Source of the DNA: Piedraia hortae CBS 480.64 | Taxonomy: Eukaryota | Reading direction: 5' to 3' | NCBI GenBank assembly: GCA_010093745.1 | Contig: MU005980.1 | Location: 1 to 64,000 of the forward strand | Length of the DNA stretch: 64,000 nt | Part shown: in pieces, positions 11,891 to 23,152 of the stretch | How the letters are laid out: each line of letters begins with the position of its first letter | How positions within the stretch are numbered: the first letter of the stretch is position 1 | The notes under the pieces: model-generated | Told to the model about the DNA's origin: nothing | What the model saw: only the letters and a program-made list of their open reading frames with translations | Database searches by the model: none | Translations under genes and position numbers: made by a program

Positions 11891-14800
11891 TCAAAGTCCA
11901 TCCAGCCCAGATGCCCCCATCTTAGCTCTAACAAGATGCTCCGGGCCAAATTCTTTCCATCCTCTCGCCTTGGCCAAAACGCCAAGACCTCTATACAACT
12001 TCAAAGTCTCCCACAACGTAGCCTGACACTGCTTTTTCGCACATTCCTTGATATTATCCTGCCTCAACTGCAGGGTCCAAATCAAATTCACCTCCAACGA
12101 ATCCAATATCTCATTCTTCCCAAAAGCACGCTGAAACAAACCACCCCTTGCCATCGCCGTAGACTGTATTCCCACCGACATTTTCCTATCCGCAAACAAC
12201 ACAGCAGCCACCTCATCCGCCTCATCCACCAACACCTTCACAGCATTCTCCTCACCCTCCGCAGCTGCCGCCGCCGCCGCCGCTGTAGCAGTAGCTGTCC
12301 CTGTGGCCGCAGGCGTAGCCGTCCCCGTACCCGCAGTCGCAGGCGTAGAGGCCTCCTCATCCACAACCTCACTCGCAACCTCGCACTCTCCCTTCACAAC
12401 CCTCAAAGTCCTACCCCGTTCCACCTCCAGATAACTTATACTCCAGGCCCTCCCCCTATGCACCTTCGCATGCTCCTTCATAACACCCTTCCACATCTCT
12501 CCCTCCCTTCTCCCGGCCCCAAAAGCTAAAACATAAATCTTCCACCCAACCCCATTCGCCAACCTAGCCATAAATCCACACGCCCTCTCCCAAATTTTCG
12601 CAAAAACATCACTTCTCCTCCGTCCACGGAGACAATAAGCCGCGGAGCGTCGAAATCCCCCCTCGCTATCCGACCACGCCGCATGAACCCACTCCCCGTT
12701 TGCGGAATAGGCATACGCGAGATGCATGGCCGAGCCCTCTAACAGAAGGAGCGAGCCCTGTGCTTGCGGAGCATGTATACCCTGGCCTTGCGAAGCATGC
12801 ATACTCTGCCCGCCCATCCCCTGCGTAGCATGCCCACCTTGCCCAAACCCAAACGGGACCTTCCTCGGCGTGCTCCTCATGAGCTTCACCCACGCCTCCC
12901 CCTCGCAGCGATCATACACCTCCTTCGCAATCAACGCAAGCTGCTTTGCCGTGAGGTTCCCTTCCCCTAGCAGCGAAGTCGGCAGGATCTGCAATATCGC
13001 GGGGGCGCATTTCATTACTTGCACATAGAACTCCGCGCATAGAGATTTCACCTCCCCACTTGTAAACAGGTAAATCACATTATGGCTGTTTTTTGGGGGG
13101 AGGGGGAGAGTTAGGGTGCTTAGTTCTGCTGGGTAGGAATCTGAATTTGTGGGGATGAGGGCGTGGATTGTGTGTGTGCCAAGTTTGTTCGTTTCGTAGG
13201 ATGCGCTGATTGAGGTTAGGAGGGATTTGATTGGTTCGTGGAGGGAATCCGGAAAAAGGACTGTTGCGAGAATGTCTTTTGCTCCGCAAGGGGGGGAGAG
13301 GGCTAGAATTTCCCAGAAATTGAGCGAGATCGGGTTGAGAGAGAGTTGGGATGCTCCGCGGTGGGTTTCGATATGGGGGGCGGGAAGGAGGGCGATTTGG
13401 GGTTGGGTGCCGATTGGTCTTGGGAGGGCGAGTTGGGAGATTGGGCAGGATTTTAGTCCATGTTTGGTGAGTGTGTTGTTGATTAGGTCCTGGATGGCGG
13501 TTGAGCGGTTGGGGGTTGAGGGGAGGGGAGGTTTGGTGAGTTCGGAGACGATGGTGGGGACGCAGGATATGGATTGCTCGCTTATGAGTTGGGCGATGTT
13601 GATTAGGTCTGTTTTGGTGAGGTTTGGGGGGAGAGGGGCCTTTTTGCGTTTTTGGGGGTTGAGGGGAGGGGGGATGGTTATGGTTGATTCGAGGAGGTGT
13701 AGAAGTTTTTCTTCCGGTTCTTCCTCGCTGGAGGGATGGTCTACGTCCATGGGACTTGCTTCCGGCTGATCCACTACCGTAAGGCGCTTCTTGCGTCGCT
13801 TGTCCCATGGCATCTTCGGCGGCATCTCCATTTCATTGCTTGAACTTGATGTGCTATCCGTGCTATCGTCATCGCTGTCGCTGTCTGAAGAATCCAGGCG
13901 ACGCTTTTTCTTACGCACTGGGAGGTGGATGTTGACCACGAATGGTGTGATACTTTGGGGATGCGCAGGAGGTCCATACATTTCTGAAAACCTGCGTCCA
14001 ATGTCGAGCCCCGATCGGAAGATGATGGGTTCATATGTGCTTTTACGTCGCTTTTCGGGAGGCTTCATGTTCGCACTGACCGGGACTGGAGGAGGTAACA
14101 GCCGTTCTTTGATCGTAAACGGCGTCATCGGCCTCTCTGGCGATTTATACAACCTCTTCTCTGTACTATCAACGCTTGGCTCGCGATTTATTTCCTCTTC
14201 GCCGCCATTTGCATTAGAGCTTGGAGATTCATGAACTTCGTCAAGCATAACAACATCACTCGTCAAAGAAGGCTTTTGTTCATTGAAAAAATCAAAATCC
14301 GCATCGCCCACTTCTTCAACACCAATGTTTGAGTTTTCGCCGCCCTCCCCAAACAAGTCGTCGTTTTCGGAATTGAATGATGGCAGGTCATTTTCCGTCT
14401 CCATAGTCCCCCCGGTATACATCTCTTGGGTTGCATTGCCATCATCCATCTGATGGGTAGTCTGACTCAACATAATCTGGTCCTCTGGGGTGAGGTATAT
14501 TCCATTCAACGTTGCTTGCTGGATAGGAGGGAGCTCGTCCACACTACCAGGCAGTGTGTCAGGCTCAACGAGCGGCTCTTCAGCCACAGGCGACTGCTTC
14601 CACATTCCTGCATTAAGAAACCAATCCTCTGCAAAAATGAGCGGATCTTGGTTTTCAGCAGAACCAATCACTTCGTCGCCATGGTCGGATGATTTTGAGC
14701 GTGCAAAGCACAACGATGCTGGCCAGGTAAATACCACGTGATTCGCTGATCGTAAAGTTTGCCATTCAACATCACCTTCTATCGTTATTCCCTCAGTAGA

Positions 14801-15391
14801 AAGCCAATATCCCACAAGAGACTGCCACTTCTCCTTTGAAATCGCTCTTGACTCTTCAACAACAGTCGCGCAAAGTCCTTTCGGTGAAAGTAAAACCTCT
14901 GTACCCACTGCCAATCCCTCTACTTCCCTGAAATCCGTCTCCTCAATAATCTTCGTCGCATACAAATCCCCATTTTCCGCGATTTCCAATCGCAACCTAA
15001 CAATCTTTCCAGGCCTACCATCTCTCGTAACGATCCACGTCCTTCTCCCAAGACGCACAACACCTAATTGACCCAGCTCAAACGAAACCGCACCCTCAAT
15101 CGCATCAAACAAATTCCCGACATTTACCCGATCGTCATGCTTGTTGCCCGTGCGCACAGTACCTGAAGATACTTTCTCGAAACCCCAGACTTCATCATCT
15201 GAATTAAATATCCAAACCTCATCCTTCACGCTCGTGCAGAGCACCCCGCATCGCCTGAGTTTGGATATGACTGAACAATGTCGTTCGATAGTACATTCCC
15301 CAGGAGATAAAGATTTTTGAATGGTGAATTGGACGTTCTTGATATCGCTCCATATCTGTACATTCGTATGACAATCCTGAAAGACTTCCAT
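11891..15391 (-). CDS. MED13: Mediator kinase-module subunit Med13 (Ssn2/Srb9)
   Basis: 1166 aa ORF. N-terminus MEVFQDCHTNV, then GIYLTPED, EVGDADFDFF, FWEILALSP...KDI, and the C-terminal HLAYAYS...WVHAAWSD typical of fungal Med13. Confidence 0.88.
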   Translation of the reverse strand: MEVFQDCHTNVQIWSDIKNVQFTIQKSLSPGECTIERHCSVISKLRRCGVLCTSVKDEVWIFNSDDEVWGFEKVSSGTVRTGNKHDDRVNVGNLFDAIEGAVSFELGQLGVVRLGRRTWIVTRDGRPGKIVRLRLEIAENGDLYATKIIEETDFREVEGLAVGTEVLLSPKGLCATVVEESRAISKEKWQSLVGYWLSTEGITIEGDVEWQTLRSANHVVFTWPASLCFARSKSSDHGDEVIGSAENQDPLIFAEDWFLNAGMWKQSPVAEEPLVEPDTLPGSVDELPPIQQATLNGIYLTPEDQIMLSQTTHQMDDGNATQEMYTGGTMETENDLPSFNSENDDLFGEGGENSNIGVEEVGDADFDFFNEQKPSLTSDVVMLDEVHESPSSNANGGEEEINREPSVDSTEKRLYKSPERPMTPFTIKERLLPPPVPVSANMKPPEKRRKSTYEPIIFRSGLDIGRRFSEMYGPPAHPQSITPFVVNIHLPVRKKKRRLDSSDSDSDDDSTDSTSSSSNEMEMPPKMPWDKRRKKRLTVVDQPEASPMDVDHPSSEEEPEEKLLHLLESTITIPPPLNPQKRKKAPLPPNLTKTDLINIAQLISEQSISCVPTIVSELTKPPLPSTPNRSTAIQDLINNTLTKHGLKSCPISQLALPRPIGTQPQIALLPAPHIETHRGASQLSLNPISLNFWEILALSPPCGAKDILATVLFPDSLHEPIKSLLTSISASYETNKLGTHTIHALIPTNSDSYPAELSTLTLPLPPKNSHNVIYLFTSGEVKSLCAEFYVQVMKCAPAILQILPTSLLGEGNLTAKQLALIAKEVYDRCEGEAWVKLMRSTPRKVPFGFGQGGHATQGMGGQSMHASQGQGIHAPQAQGSLLLLEGSAMHLAYAYSANGEWVHAAWSDSEGGFRRSAAYCLRGRRRSDVFAKIWERACGFMARLANGVGWKIYVLAFGAGRREGEMWKGVMKEHAKVHRGRAWSISYLEVERGRTLRVVKGECEVASEVVDEEASTPATAGTGTATPAATGTATATAAAAAAAAEGEENAVKVLVDEADEVAAVLFADRKMSVGIQSTAMARGGLFQRAFGKNEILDSLEVNLIWTLQLRQDNIKECAKKQCQATLWETLKLYRGLGVLAKARGWKEFGPEHLVRAKMGASGLDGL

Positions 15392-15539
15392 AGTTCGTTT
15401 CAGGCAGCTTGGTCGATGCGTGAGGTCGAATTAAGGCTCGGGCCGAGATGGTCCGTTCCGTCCCGCTGGATTTTGAAACGCCGACGAATCATGACTCGTT
15501 CATTTGGACTTATGATTGGAGAACGAAAAGTATTTTACG

Positions 15540-16107
15540 CGTGCTTTTTCTGGCATAAATTTAACCCCTTTATCGGCGGATGTTTGGATAGTTCGCATTT
15601 CAAAGCCACTGACTGAGAGCGTTTCCCCTTCCTAAAAGTTGATAACCATCCTAATGAATTGACTTGGGCAGAGCGCCGGAACACGCACAGCATGACGCTC
15701 GCCGTGCGCGGTGTCGTGGACCATTCTAGAATGGTCAATCGAGAGAAAGAGCTTGACAGAGAGATTCTTGCTTGGTCTATCGTACATGACGCAATCTCGA
15801 TAAAACTCTTTGGCCACTACGCCGTTATTGAAGGATCAACCCAGAGCTATTATGTTCATCGCTTCGAAAGTCTTTCGATTGACTACGACAAGTGGGTACG
15901 TAATTGGCTTTGCAAAACCTCTACCATGCTTGGATGCCAAAGCATCGCGAGCGGATTTGCTCCGCAATTGATGATCTAACCGCCGGCGTCGATTCCAATG
16001 TCGGTCAGGGCGGCCTTATCAATGGCATTTCGCTTGGTGAAATGTTGGCGAAGCAAGTCATTCATCCCCCAGACTTTGAGCCTGATTATTACTCTGACTC
16101 TGACTAG
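15540..16107 (+). pseudogene. Truncated, disrupted paralog of the 17087 PD-(D/E)XK-like gene
   Basis: PFIGG..SHFKATD*ERFPFL...NTHSMTLAVRGVV...LDREILAWSIVHD...GHY aligns with PFLGAG..PFKARDGMLFPFL...NAHSMGIAVFGVV...LHRKILAFSIAHD...GHY. Stop at 15614-15616 and a frameshift near 15900 (LQNLYHAWMPKH vs VKNVYRYWAPDH). Confidence 0.85.
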
Positions 16108-17086
16108 CAGCTCTAATTGTACAACTATCTTCTACGTAATCCACTGTGTTGTGCAAGTTTTGGCGCATAACCCAGATCAAGGCCATGACTATAGAGTATA
16201 CATAACCGGTTGGGTAGTTGTAAGCGGGCAATGGAAGATGAACCAGCCCTGGGCCACGGAAAAGATATGCTATTGTGCATAATCAGTGCCGCTGACGTAT
16301 GCAAAATTGCGGAGCCCTAGTGCGACGCATATAAGCCCATAAAGTGATAAGTTTCAGGACGCCTACCATACCGCATGCCTGAGGGACTTACAGTAGATTG
16401 TGTGTCTGTTCTAAGATTTACCATTCGCCTTCAAGGCTCTCGTAGGGTGAAAAACCAGTAAACTATAGGCATACATAGATACTTTCGCGGCCTTGAATTT
16501 GTACAGCGCGTCTCAAGAGAGCTGCAGACTCGTGAATCCTTTGCGGTTGCGACCAGGTTCGATCATGATTTCCGTTATAACCGAGAAAGATAGATGACGA
16601 AGTCTTCCGTATCTCGCAAAGTTTTAAATCCGCTTCTGCTCGACGCTTTTGCTAATCCTCATATTGCAAGCTGGGTGCGTAATTTCAAGAGGCTTTGAAA
16701 CTTGTAATTCTCGGTGCAGGTGGAAAAGCATAGAACAGTGTGTGAATGTGTGTACATGTGTATGGTGATGTGTTTTTGAAGGTGTGACGAGATTGTTGTC
16801 GGTGAGGCTTCAGGGAATGCCTGAGCTCGTTTTCAATCAGGGGCCGGCACGTGACCGCATGATAAAAGGCTGCAGTGGTTTACGGCGGTAAGCGCCTCCT
16901 GCTGACGCCTGACAATACTAAGCGCGCTGCTCCATCCCTTTCAACGCTGTTTAACTGCAAATAGACGCCGACCCGCCAAACCGATCCGAAGATACTTTTT
17001 CGTTGATGAACATGTATATCAGGCTGTAGATAGTATAAACTTCTCCCTTCAACTCACCCTTCCAAATTTGCTGCCTCCTAAAGCTC

Positions 17087-18259
17087 ATGATGATTGACAG
17101 TGACGTCGTAGTGGAGTTGCAAGCAAGTCCGTGCCGCATCTCTACAGTGCCCTCAACTATGTCCACTGGCGCACCAGCCAGCGCCTTACAAGTCAGCTCC
17201 TCTCAAACCAGCTCCTCTCAAGCCAGCTCCTCACTTCTTGGTCGCGGACTTAGGAACAAGATACCAAGGTTGAAGGCAACGTCAATGTCGGAGGATAAAA
17301 TACAATATGTTGATGCGTATTACGGTGATCCCGCTTATGCATCGACTTTGGCAATGAGGGGCAGCTATTTAACGGAGCACATGTTGGATATCGACCAGCC
17401 GATTGCTAGACTTTGCCAAAATCTGAATTCGACCCCCGTGGATTTGCCATCGGTCTCTTTGTTTGACAATCGGTTTTACAAAATTACACTACATAAGCTG
17501 GTGGATGCGAATGAGATGAGAGTGATGCGGGATATCACTCAACTTCTCGTCCCATCGGCGGAATCACTGGCAACATGTGCTCTTGAACAGGAGTATGAGT
17601 TTTTAAAGAAGTCAACTAATCAGGGTTGGAACCGTTGCCGCAAGCTGACCAACATTCGACCTCAGCCCGACTATGCAGTTGGATTCAAAAAAACCGCTTT
17701 CACATCGCAACAGGTTCAGAGAATTTGGCCGTTCCTCGGAGCGGGATGCATATCACCCTTCAAGGCCAGAGACGGAATGTTATTCCCATTTCTGGCCTGC
17801 GAGGTCAAGGGCAACGGTGGATTCATTTGTGCTGCCCGGTGCCAAAATGCTCATAGTATGGGCATTGCAGTCTTTGGCGTGGTCAACCTGTTCAGGCTCT
17901 TAGGCGAAGAAGAAACGTTGCACCGGAAGATTCTCGCATTTTCGATTGCACACGATGCTTCTTATGTCTCTATCACTGGGCATTATCCAGTGCTTTCCAA
18001 TGGATCCTGGACGGTTCATAGCCATATGATCTTTGGTCGCAAACTCGGTGCGAGGGAGGAAATGACACAGATCGGAACCATCGGAAGGTGGTCCTCACTC
18101 ACTGTGGTAAAGAATGTTTACCGCTATTGGGCGCCGGATCACCTCAAGATGCTTCGGGATGCCCTGAACCGCGTCCCTGACATCCCAGATGTATTCCTGA
18201 AAGAGGAATTTCAGGGATATCTCAACAAATCCGCGGAATTGTTATATAATGATGTGTAG
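17087..18259 (+). CDS. Fungal PD-(D/E)XK nuclease-like protein (probably the DUF7924-type family); start may be 17159
   Basis: 390 aa intronless ORF with PQPDYAVGF...FPFLACEVK...CQNAHSM, a PD...ExK...Q pattern. The family assignment is from memory and needs an HMM check. Confidence 0.7.
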   Translation: MMIDSDVVVELQASPCRISTVPSTMSTGAPASALQVSSSQTSSSQASSSLLGRGLRNKIPRLKATSMSEDKIQYVDAYYGDPAYASTLAMRGSYLTEHMLDIDQPIARLCQNLNSTPVDLPSVSLFDNRFYKITLHKLVDANEMRVMRDITQLLVPSAESLATCALEQEYEFLKKSTNQGWNRCRKLTNIRPQPDYAVGFKKTAFTSQQVQRIWPFLGAGCISPFKARDGMLFPFLACEVKGNGGFICAARCQNAHSMGIAVFGVVNLFRLLGEEETLHRKILAFSIAHDASYVSITGHYPVLSNGSWTVHSHMIFGRKLGAREEMTQIGTIGRWSSLTVVKNVYRYWAPDHLKMLRDALNRVPDIPDVFLKEEFQGYLNKSAELLYNDV

Positions 18260-19929
18260 ATATCCTTTAATTCCACCATACGATCAATGTATTCCATCTT
18301 AACTACTTTTAAAGGACCATAATTACCTTGTGCACCACCATTCCCTTATCGTACTATGTGATATAAACTTCCAGGGTAATATAACATGGTCGATGATATG
18401 AGAGGTGTCGTATCTTTTCCGCAAGTATATTATATCTGGAACACATCACAAATCATAACTCAACCATATCACATACCATATCTTGATGAAAATGTAGGTT
18501 AGGTCATGATGGAGCTATTGAGCATCAGATTTCGGGTCTTCATAATACTGTTTGCAACATTCAGGATACGCTACTATATAGTCTAGATAATCGATTTGCA
18601 AAGACCATTCCCTCGTTCGCGTCCAGTCCCAGAGCGGTCCGTCTAGTCCGACCACCCAAATGCTGCCACATACACGGCTAACCCTACTGCAACTTGCAGC
18701 AAATGGCACGTTTTGTCGTAGCAAGTTGTGACTGTAAAAAAATAATTCCAACAAGTTGCCGAAATCTAAATTGCTGCGAATGAATAAGATTTTGATATCG
18801 ATCGAATTTTGGCTATCCGAATAAGCCCCAAGAAGCATGACAGGCCCTCAGGATGATGTAGGAGCTCATGCAAGCCTGAACAAAACCCGGTCGCCTGGAA
18901 TTGAGCCCTACCCACCCCAACCAGGCCTAAGGTAACAACTCGCTGTAACTTGCTTGGGTGGTTGCGACTTGCTGCAAGTTGCCGGGGTTTGGGCGTGTAC
19001 GTCCGGAGGATACTTCTTGGCATATGTTAGTAAGATCAAACAGCTCTTATGATGGCGACACTTACTTCTGCTCGTATTTTAACGAGCTGCACGCGTTAGG
19101 CGTGTCTTCGAGGAAGCAATAGAATTTAAACTGACTTTTGTCGACTTTCCATTGCAGTGAAACTTAGGACAATCTTCGAACCGAGAATGAAGAACTGCCC
19201 TATATCACCAGTTTGCACCCTCAGAAAGCTCCAACCGCAGAGGGTCTTTCTGCACCGTTGATGCTCGTGGGAGCTAGCCCTCTCTCGTCGTCAGAGTTTT
19301 CCGCTGGGCAATCTTCTTCCACAAAATCCTCCTCTTCAGAGTCGGCTTCGAGCCCTTTCTGCTAGTAAAGCTGGTTGCGTTTGCTTTGTTCCGTTTTGGT
19401 GGTATTCTCACCAGAAATCGTTTTGAAAAAGCGCCCATGGCTCGTGAAGCAGGTGTGCACCGTTGATTTCATGCTCAATATCGATTTCATATCCTTTCCT
19501 TAGATATACGTTCATGATATCCCGTGGACTCTTAACAGAACATAATGATCATATCATGTACTGTGACGTAATAAAGGATTTCCACAACACAGATCGGTTT
19601 TTCAACTACTGTAACGCGTTAATTGCGCCTGCACCCTCCACTTAACCCTCCTCTCATGCCCAAAACCAATGCCCTTCATCTTCCAATGATGGTATGTTCG
19701 TCATATCGCGTGAATTTTAGACAACGTATGATAGTAATATCATTTGGGCGATCATATCTTCGTCTTATCTTGAGGATATGCTGGGGATATGATGCGGGGC
19801 TGGCTGTGATGTTTTACTAATATTGACCCAAATGATCATGAGATAGTCATTGACTTTGCTAAAATATTCAATACGCTCTCGTGACAGTATCCGAACTGCA
19901 AAGGAAAGACCCCAAAACCAAACCGTAAA

Positions 19930-21425
19930 TTAAATCTCAATGACCCTTACTTCCAATCTCCTAGACCCCTCAAATCCCACGCCTCCCTCTGCCCACACTA
20001 TCCTCACTGGCTGACTCGAGTCCCCTGTAGAAGGCTCAATACACAGCAAACTATCAAGATGCTCCAACTTCTCAAGCGTAGCTTTAGTAGCATAATGGCT
20101 CTGGCCCAGGACGTGCTCATATCCCGCCAAAGCTTTATGAGCCCAATGTGACGCGTCATAGAACCTCCCCTGCGTACAACAAAGCTCCCCAATATATTTC
20201 GCCAGGACCGCTGGGACCAAGTACTGAGCGCCGAATTTCGACAAAAAAGCGTCATGCGCAAAAAACATCAAGCGCTCCGCAAAGATGACCTGACCTAGGA
20301 GGTGTTTGACGACTCCGTAGTCGAATGTGACTTGGAGCAAAGATGAGGTGGTCTGGGGCGTTCGGAGTTGTCAGTAGAGGTTCAGGGACCTGGAAAACAT
20401 GTTTGATGGGTCTGCGAGTTTGTTTTGGTCAAGGGAGAAGTGGTATAAGTGCTGGCAGGATTTTAAGATGCCGCGGTGGTTGTTGTGCTGATCGAAGCCG
20501 TTGAGGGCGCGTTTGTACATGGATTCGGCTCAGTCGTGTGTGTGTGTCCGACGGTGTGGTAAAGGTAGCTGAGGCGGTTGGCAATGGATAGGGTCAGTAG
20601 GTTTAGGGATCCATGGTGCGTCTCGAAGGATCTTAGAGTGGTTTCGAATAGTTTCACGGCTTCGGTAAGCATGTTCAATGATAGCTGGGCGCGGCTGAGG
20701 TGGTAGGTTGTTTCAACGAGTGATCGAGGGTCAGTATCGTCATATTCACGTAGAAGGGTAAGGGCCTTTTCAAACCACTGAATGGCCTTATTCTAGTTGT
20801 TCAGGGAACTGTTGATGAAGGCTAGTTTCACGATATTATGTAGATTGGACTGTCTTGGCCCGACAAACCTTGCCTTTCCAAGCTGTCGTTGAGCACCATG
20901 TCAAACAAGCATTTCCCGCCCTCGGCCTAGAGAATGTCACTCTGCAGGTCGGGACATCCCATGCCTTGAAGCTTCTGAGACAATAACACATGGTGCTCAT
21001 GCATGTCCAGCATAGGGCCCAGGTTAGGCCACTTGACAGGTCTTCTGACCGTTGCCGTATCGGGATTTCTGTAGAATTGGATAATGTCCATCATGAAATC
21101 AAGCTCGCTTACCACCTCGGTGATGAGAGGAATGGTACAACTCTCGGTGACATCATACCAGGTGGAATACCATCCAGCCACAACGATCTTACCGTCCCTG
21201 GTTGGCTTCTTGCATGGAATCAGGCGTCATCCAATCAAAATTGCAGAGCAGCCCAGGCAACAAGTCCTGAATTGCTGAACCCCCATTGGCCTCGTGGAAC
21301 AATGAACGAAGGAAACCAACAGACATATCATGCTTCAACATCTTTCTCTCGGGATCTCGAATCAGGCTGAAGAGCTCATCCAATCAGAAAGCAATGCAGT
21401 TCGTGCCCGACGCCAAAAGCGCCAT
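19930..21425 (-). pseudogene. Degenerate TPR-repeat (kinesin-light-chain-like) gene
   Basis: A chain of short minus-strand ORFs broken by stops and frameshifts (ATG 21425, TGA 21384-21386). TPR-like segments EAVKLFETTLRSFETHHGSLNLLTLSIANRLSYLY and YDASHWAHKALAGYEHVLGQSHYAT. Confidence 0.65.
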
Positions 21426-22300
21426 ATCGGTGCTTCCCTGCGCCTGCCTTCAACTCTAAACAGGAAACTCAAATCGCCACTAAGTGTTGGCAACGAGTAA
21501 ACGTTTTGTTGCCGCTGCTGCAAACTTATGAATTTATGAATCGATAGGAATGGTACAGTGCATCGCCAGTTCAACGAACGTCCAAACGAACCAACGAAAT
21601 AACGAACCAACGAGAGTAGTCGTCGTTGTTGTAATCAGCACTTCGGGTAGTATGGCATTTTGCCACAATACCCTTGCTATTTGGCTGCGCCTCGGATCCA
21701 AATCATTGGGAGTTGGTCATCTGTGTATGACGTGTTTATCGGTGCAGTATCCTGGAAACACTTCCAGGTTCGTTCTACAACGAGCTTTAAGGCACAGTGA
21801 ACTCGAAATAACACGTGCTACTAGAGCATAACAATCGCATCGATTTAAACGTTCGCAAATTGATTGGACATATGTTAGAAGCTGTCAACGCGAGGGGCGT
21901 CATGAAAGCGCCCACGCGCTATCGTGAAGCTGCATGTTTGCGGCGCGCAAGTTGAGCGCTTTCGCGAAGACGCCATCTGACGCGCTAAGTGAACTTTGAT
22001 TCAACCTCACCGTTCACTCGACGACCAGGTTGCATGGTTGGGAAGACGGCTGTGCTTGCTCGTTGAGAGCTGGTCTTCATGACGTGTTCGAGAGAATGAC
22101 TCGATTGTATGGTGACTTTGAGGTGAGAGATAACCTCAACGCGATTTAAAAGTGTCGGAGGTAAAGACTCCGATGGTGATAGACCAACGACAGATTCCTA
22201 CTCGATCTTGAAGAGAGGTGAATGTACCTGTTTGTGAGGTGGGGGTGAAATGAGAAACCTCCCCCACCTTAGAGATTCTAGCCGATAATTTATAGGTTCA

Positions 22301-22401
22301 GCTGCATTCACCAAGACTTTGTCACCGAGCACGCATTGCATTATGAACGGGGCCGTAACTCGCCCCAGGGAGAATTTTCTCCTTGGAGGTAAAAGTCCTG
22401 G
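22301..22401 (+). repeat. Dispersed hairpin-core repeat family, copy C
   Basis: GCTGCATTCACCAAGAC...TCACCGAGCACGCA...ATGAACGG...CCAGGGAGAATTTTCTCCTTGGAGGTAAAAGTCCTGG is collinear with 279-380. Confidence 0.78.
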
Positions 22402-23152
22402 AAAGCTAAGACCTATCGGTGGGAAGAAATTTCCACTCCCTGCCAAGTTTGCCGTCAGCCTCGCAAAGTGTCTACAGCGAAACACGACAGCAACGAGGGT
22501 GACGGACCAGTCCCACTGCCCGCATCGTGTCCTCTCACCAGTCCTCTGCTCGGCGCGCGGCTTTTACACCACGGGCAGCGTTACCACGTACCACTTCTTT
22601 CCGGCAGGTTCGAGGGCACTCTGCTCCGGTACGTCGCATACCTGCTTACATTAAGGAAGGCGGACCTGAAGTGGATCATTACGATGGCATGCCACCTGCG
22701 AGGCGACGCCGATCCTGACGACATCTCGCTGGGTTGGATTGCAGAGTACCTGGGAAGGAGAACGTGGACGAGAAATGCAGCCTTCCCAATGCCGCCCGCC
22801 TCTTATTGTCTATGGAGTGCATCTACCGAGTCAAGCAATTCAGCTTCCCGGAGGGGATATCGTGCCGCTGCGTCACAGACAACAGAAGCCACTGCGGTGA
22901 TGACAACACTTTTGCATGTTCCATCAGCCGTCAGGCATGCAGCAAACCTGTATCCCAGGTTATCTCGTTTATGCTCACATAACCTCTTACATATCACAAA
23001 AGACCCACCATACCATTTCTACCATCTAAATGGGTAACATAAACCATCCCATCCAAATCTCACCTGTCATCCATCCAACCAGCGGCCCGGCCCGACGCGC
23101 AACATTACCCCAAAAAAATCCCACCAACCCACCAAAGAAAAAACCACCAAAA

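Noticed and set aside
16500..16575. GGTTCGATC B-box-like word (possible tRNA or SINE relic)
   Set aside because: No A box, no cloverleaf and no properly paired T stem.
22468..23037. 189-aa plus-strand ORF upstream of ENP2
   Set aside because: Non-ATG start and no identifiable domain. It may be a remnant but is unsupported.
23030..23152. Longer ORF-track starts for ENP2 (and likewise LUC7, GPI16, SPC97, ABD1)
   Set aside because: The conserved N-termini or signal peptide begin at downstream ATGs, and several extensions overlap neighbouring genes.
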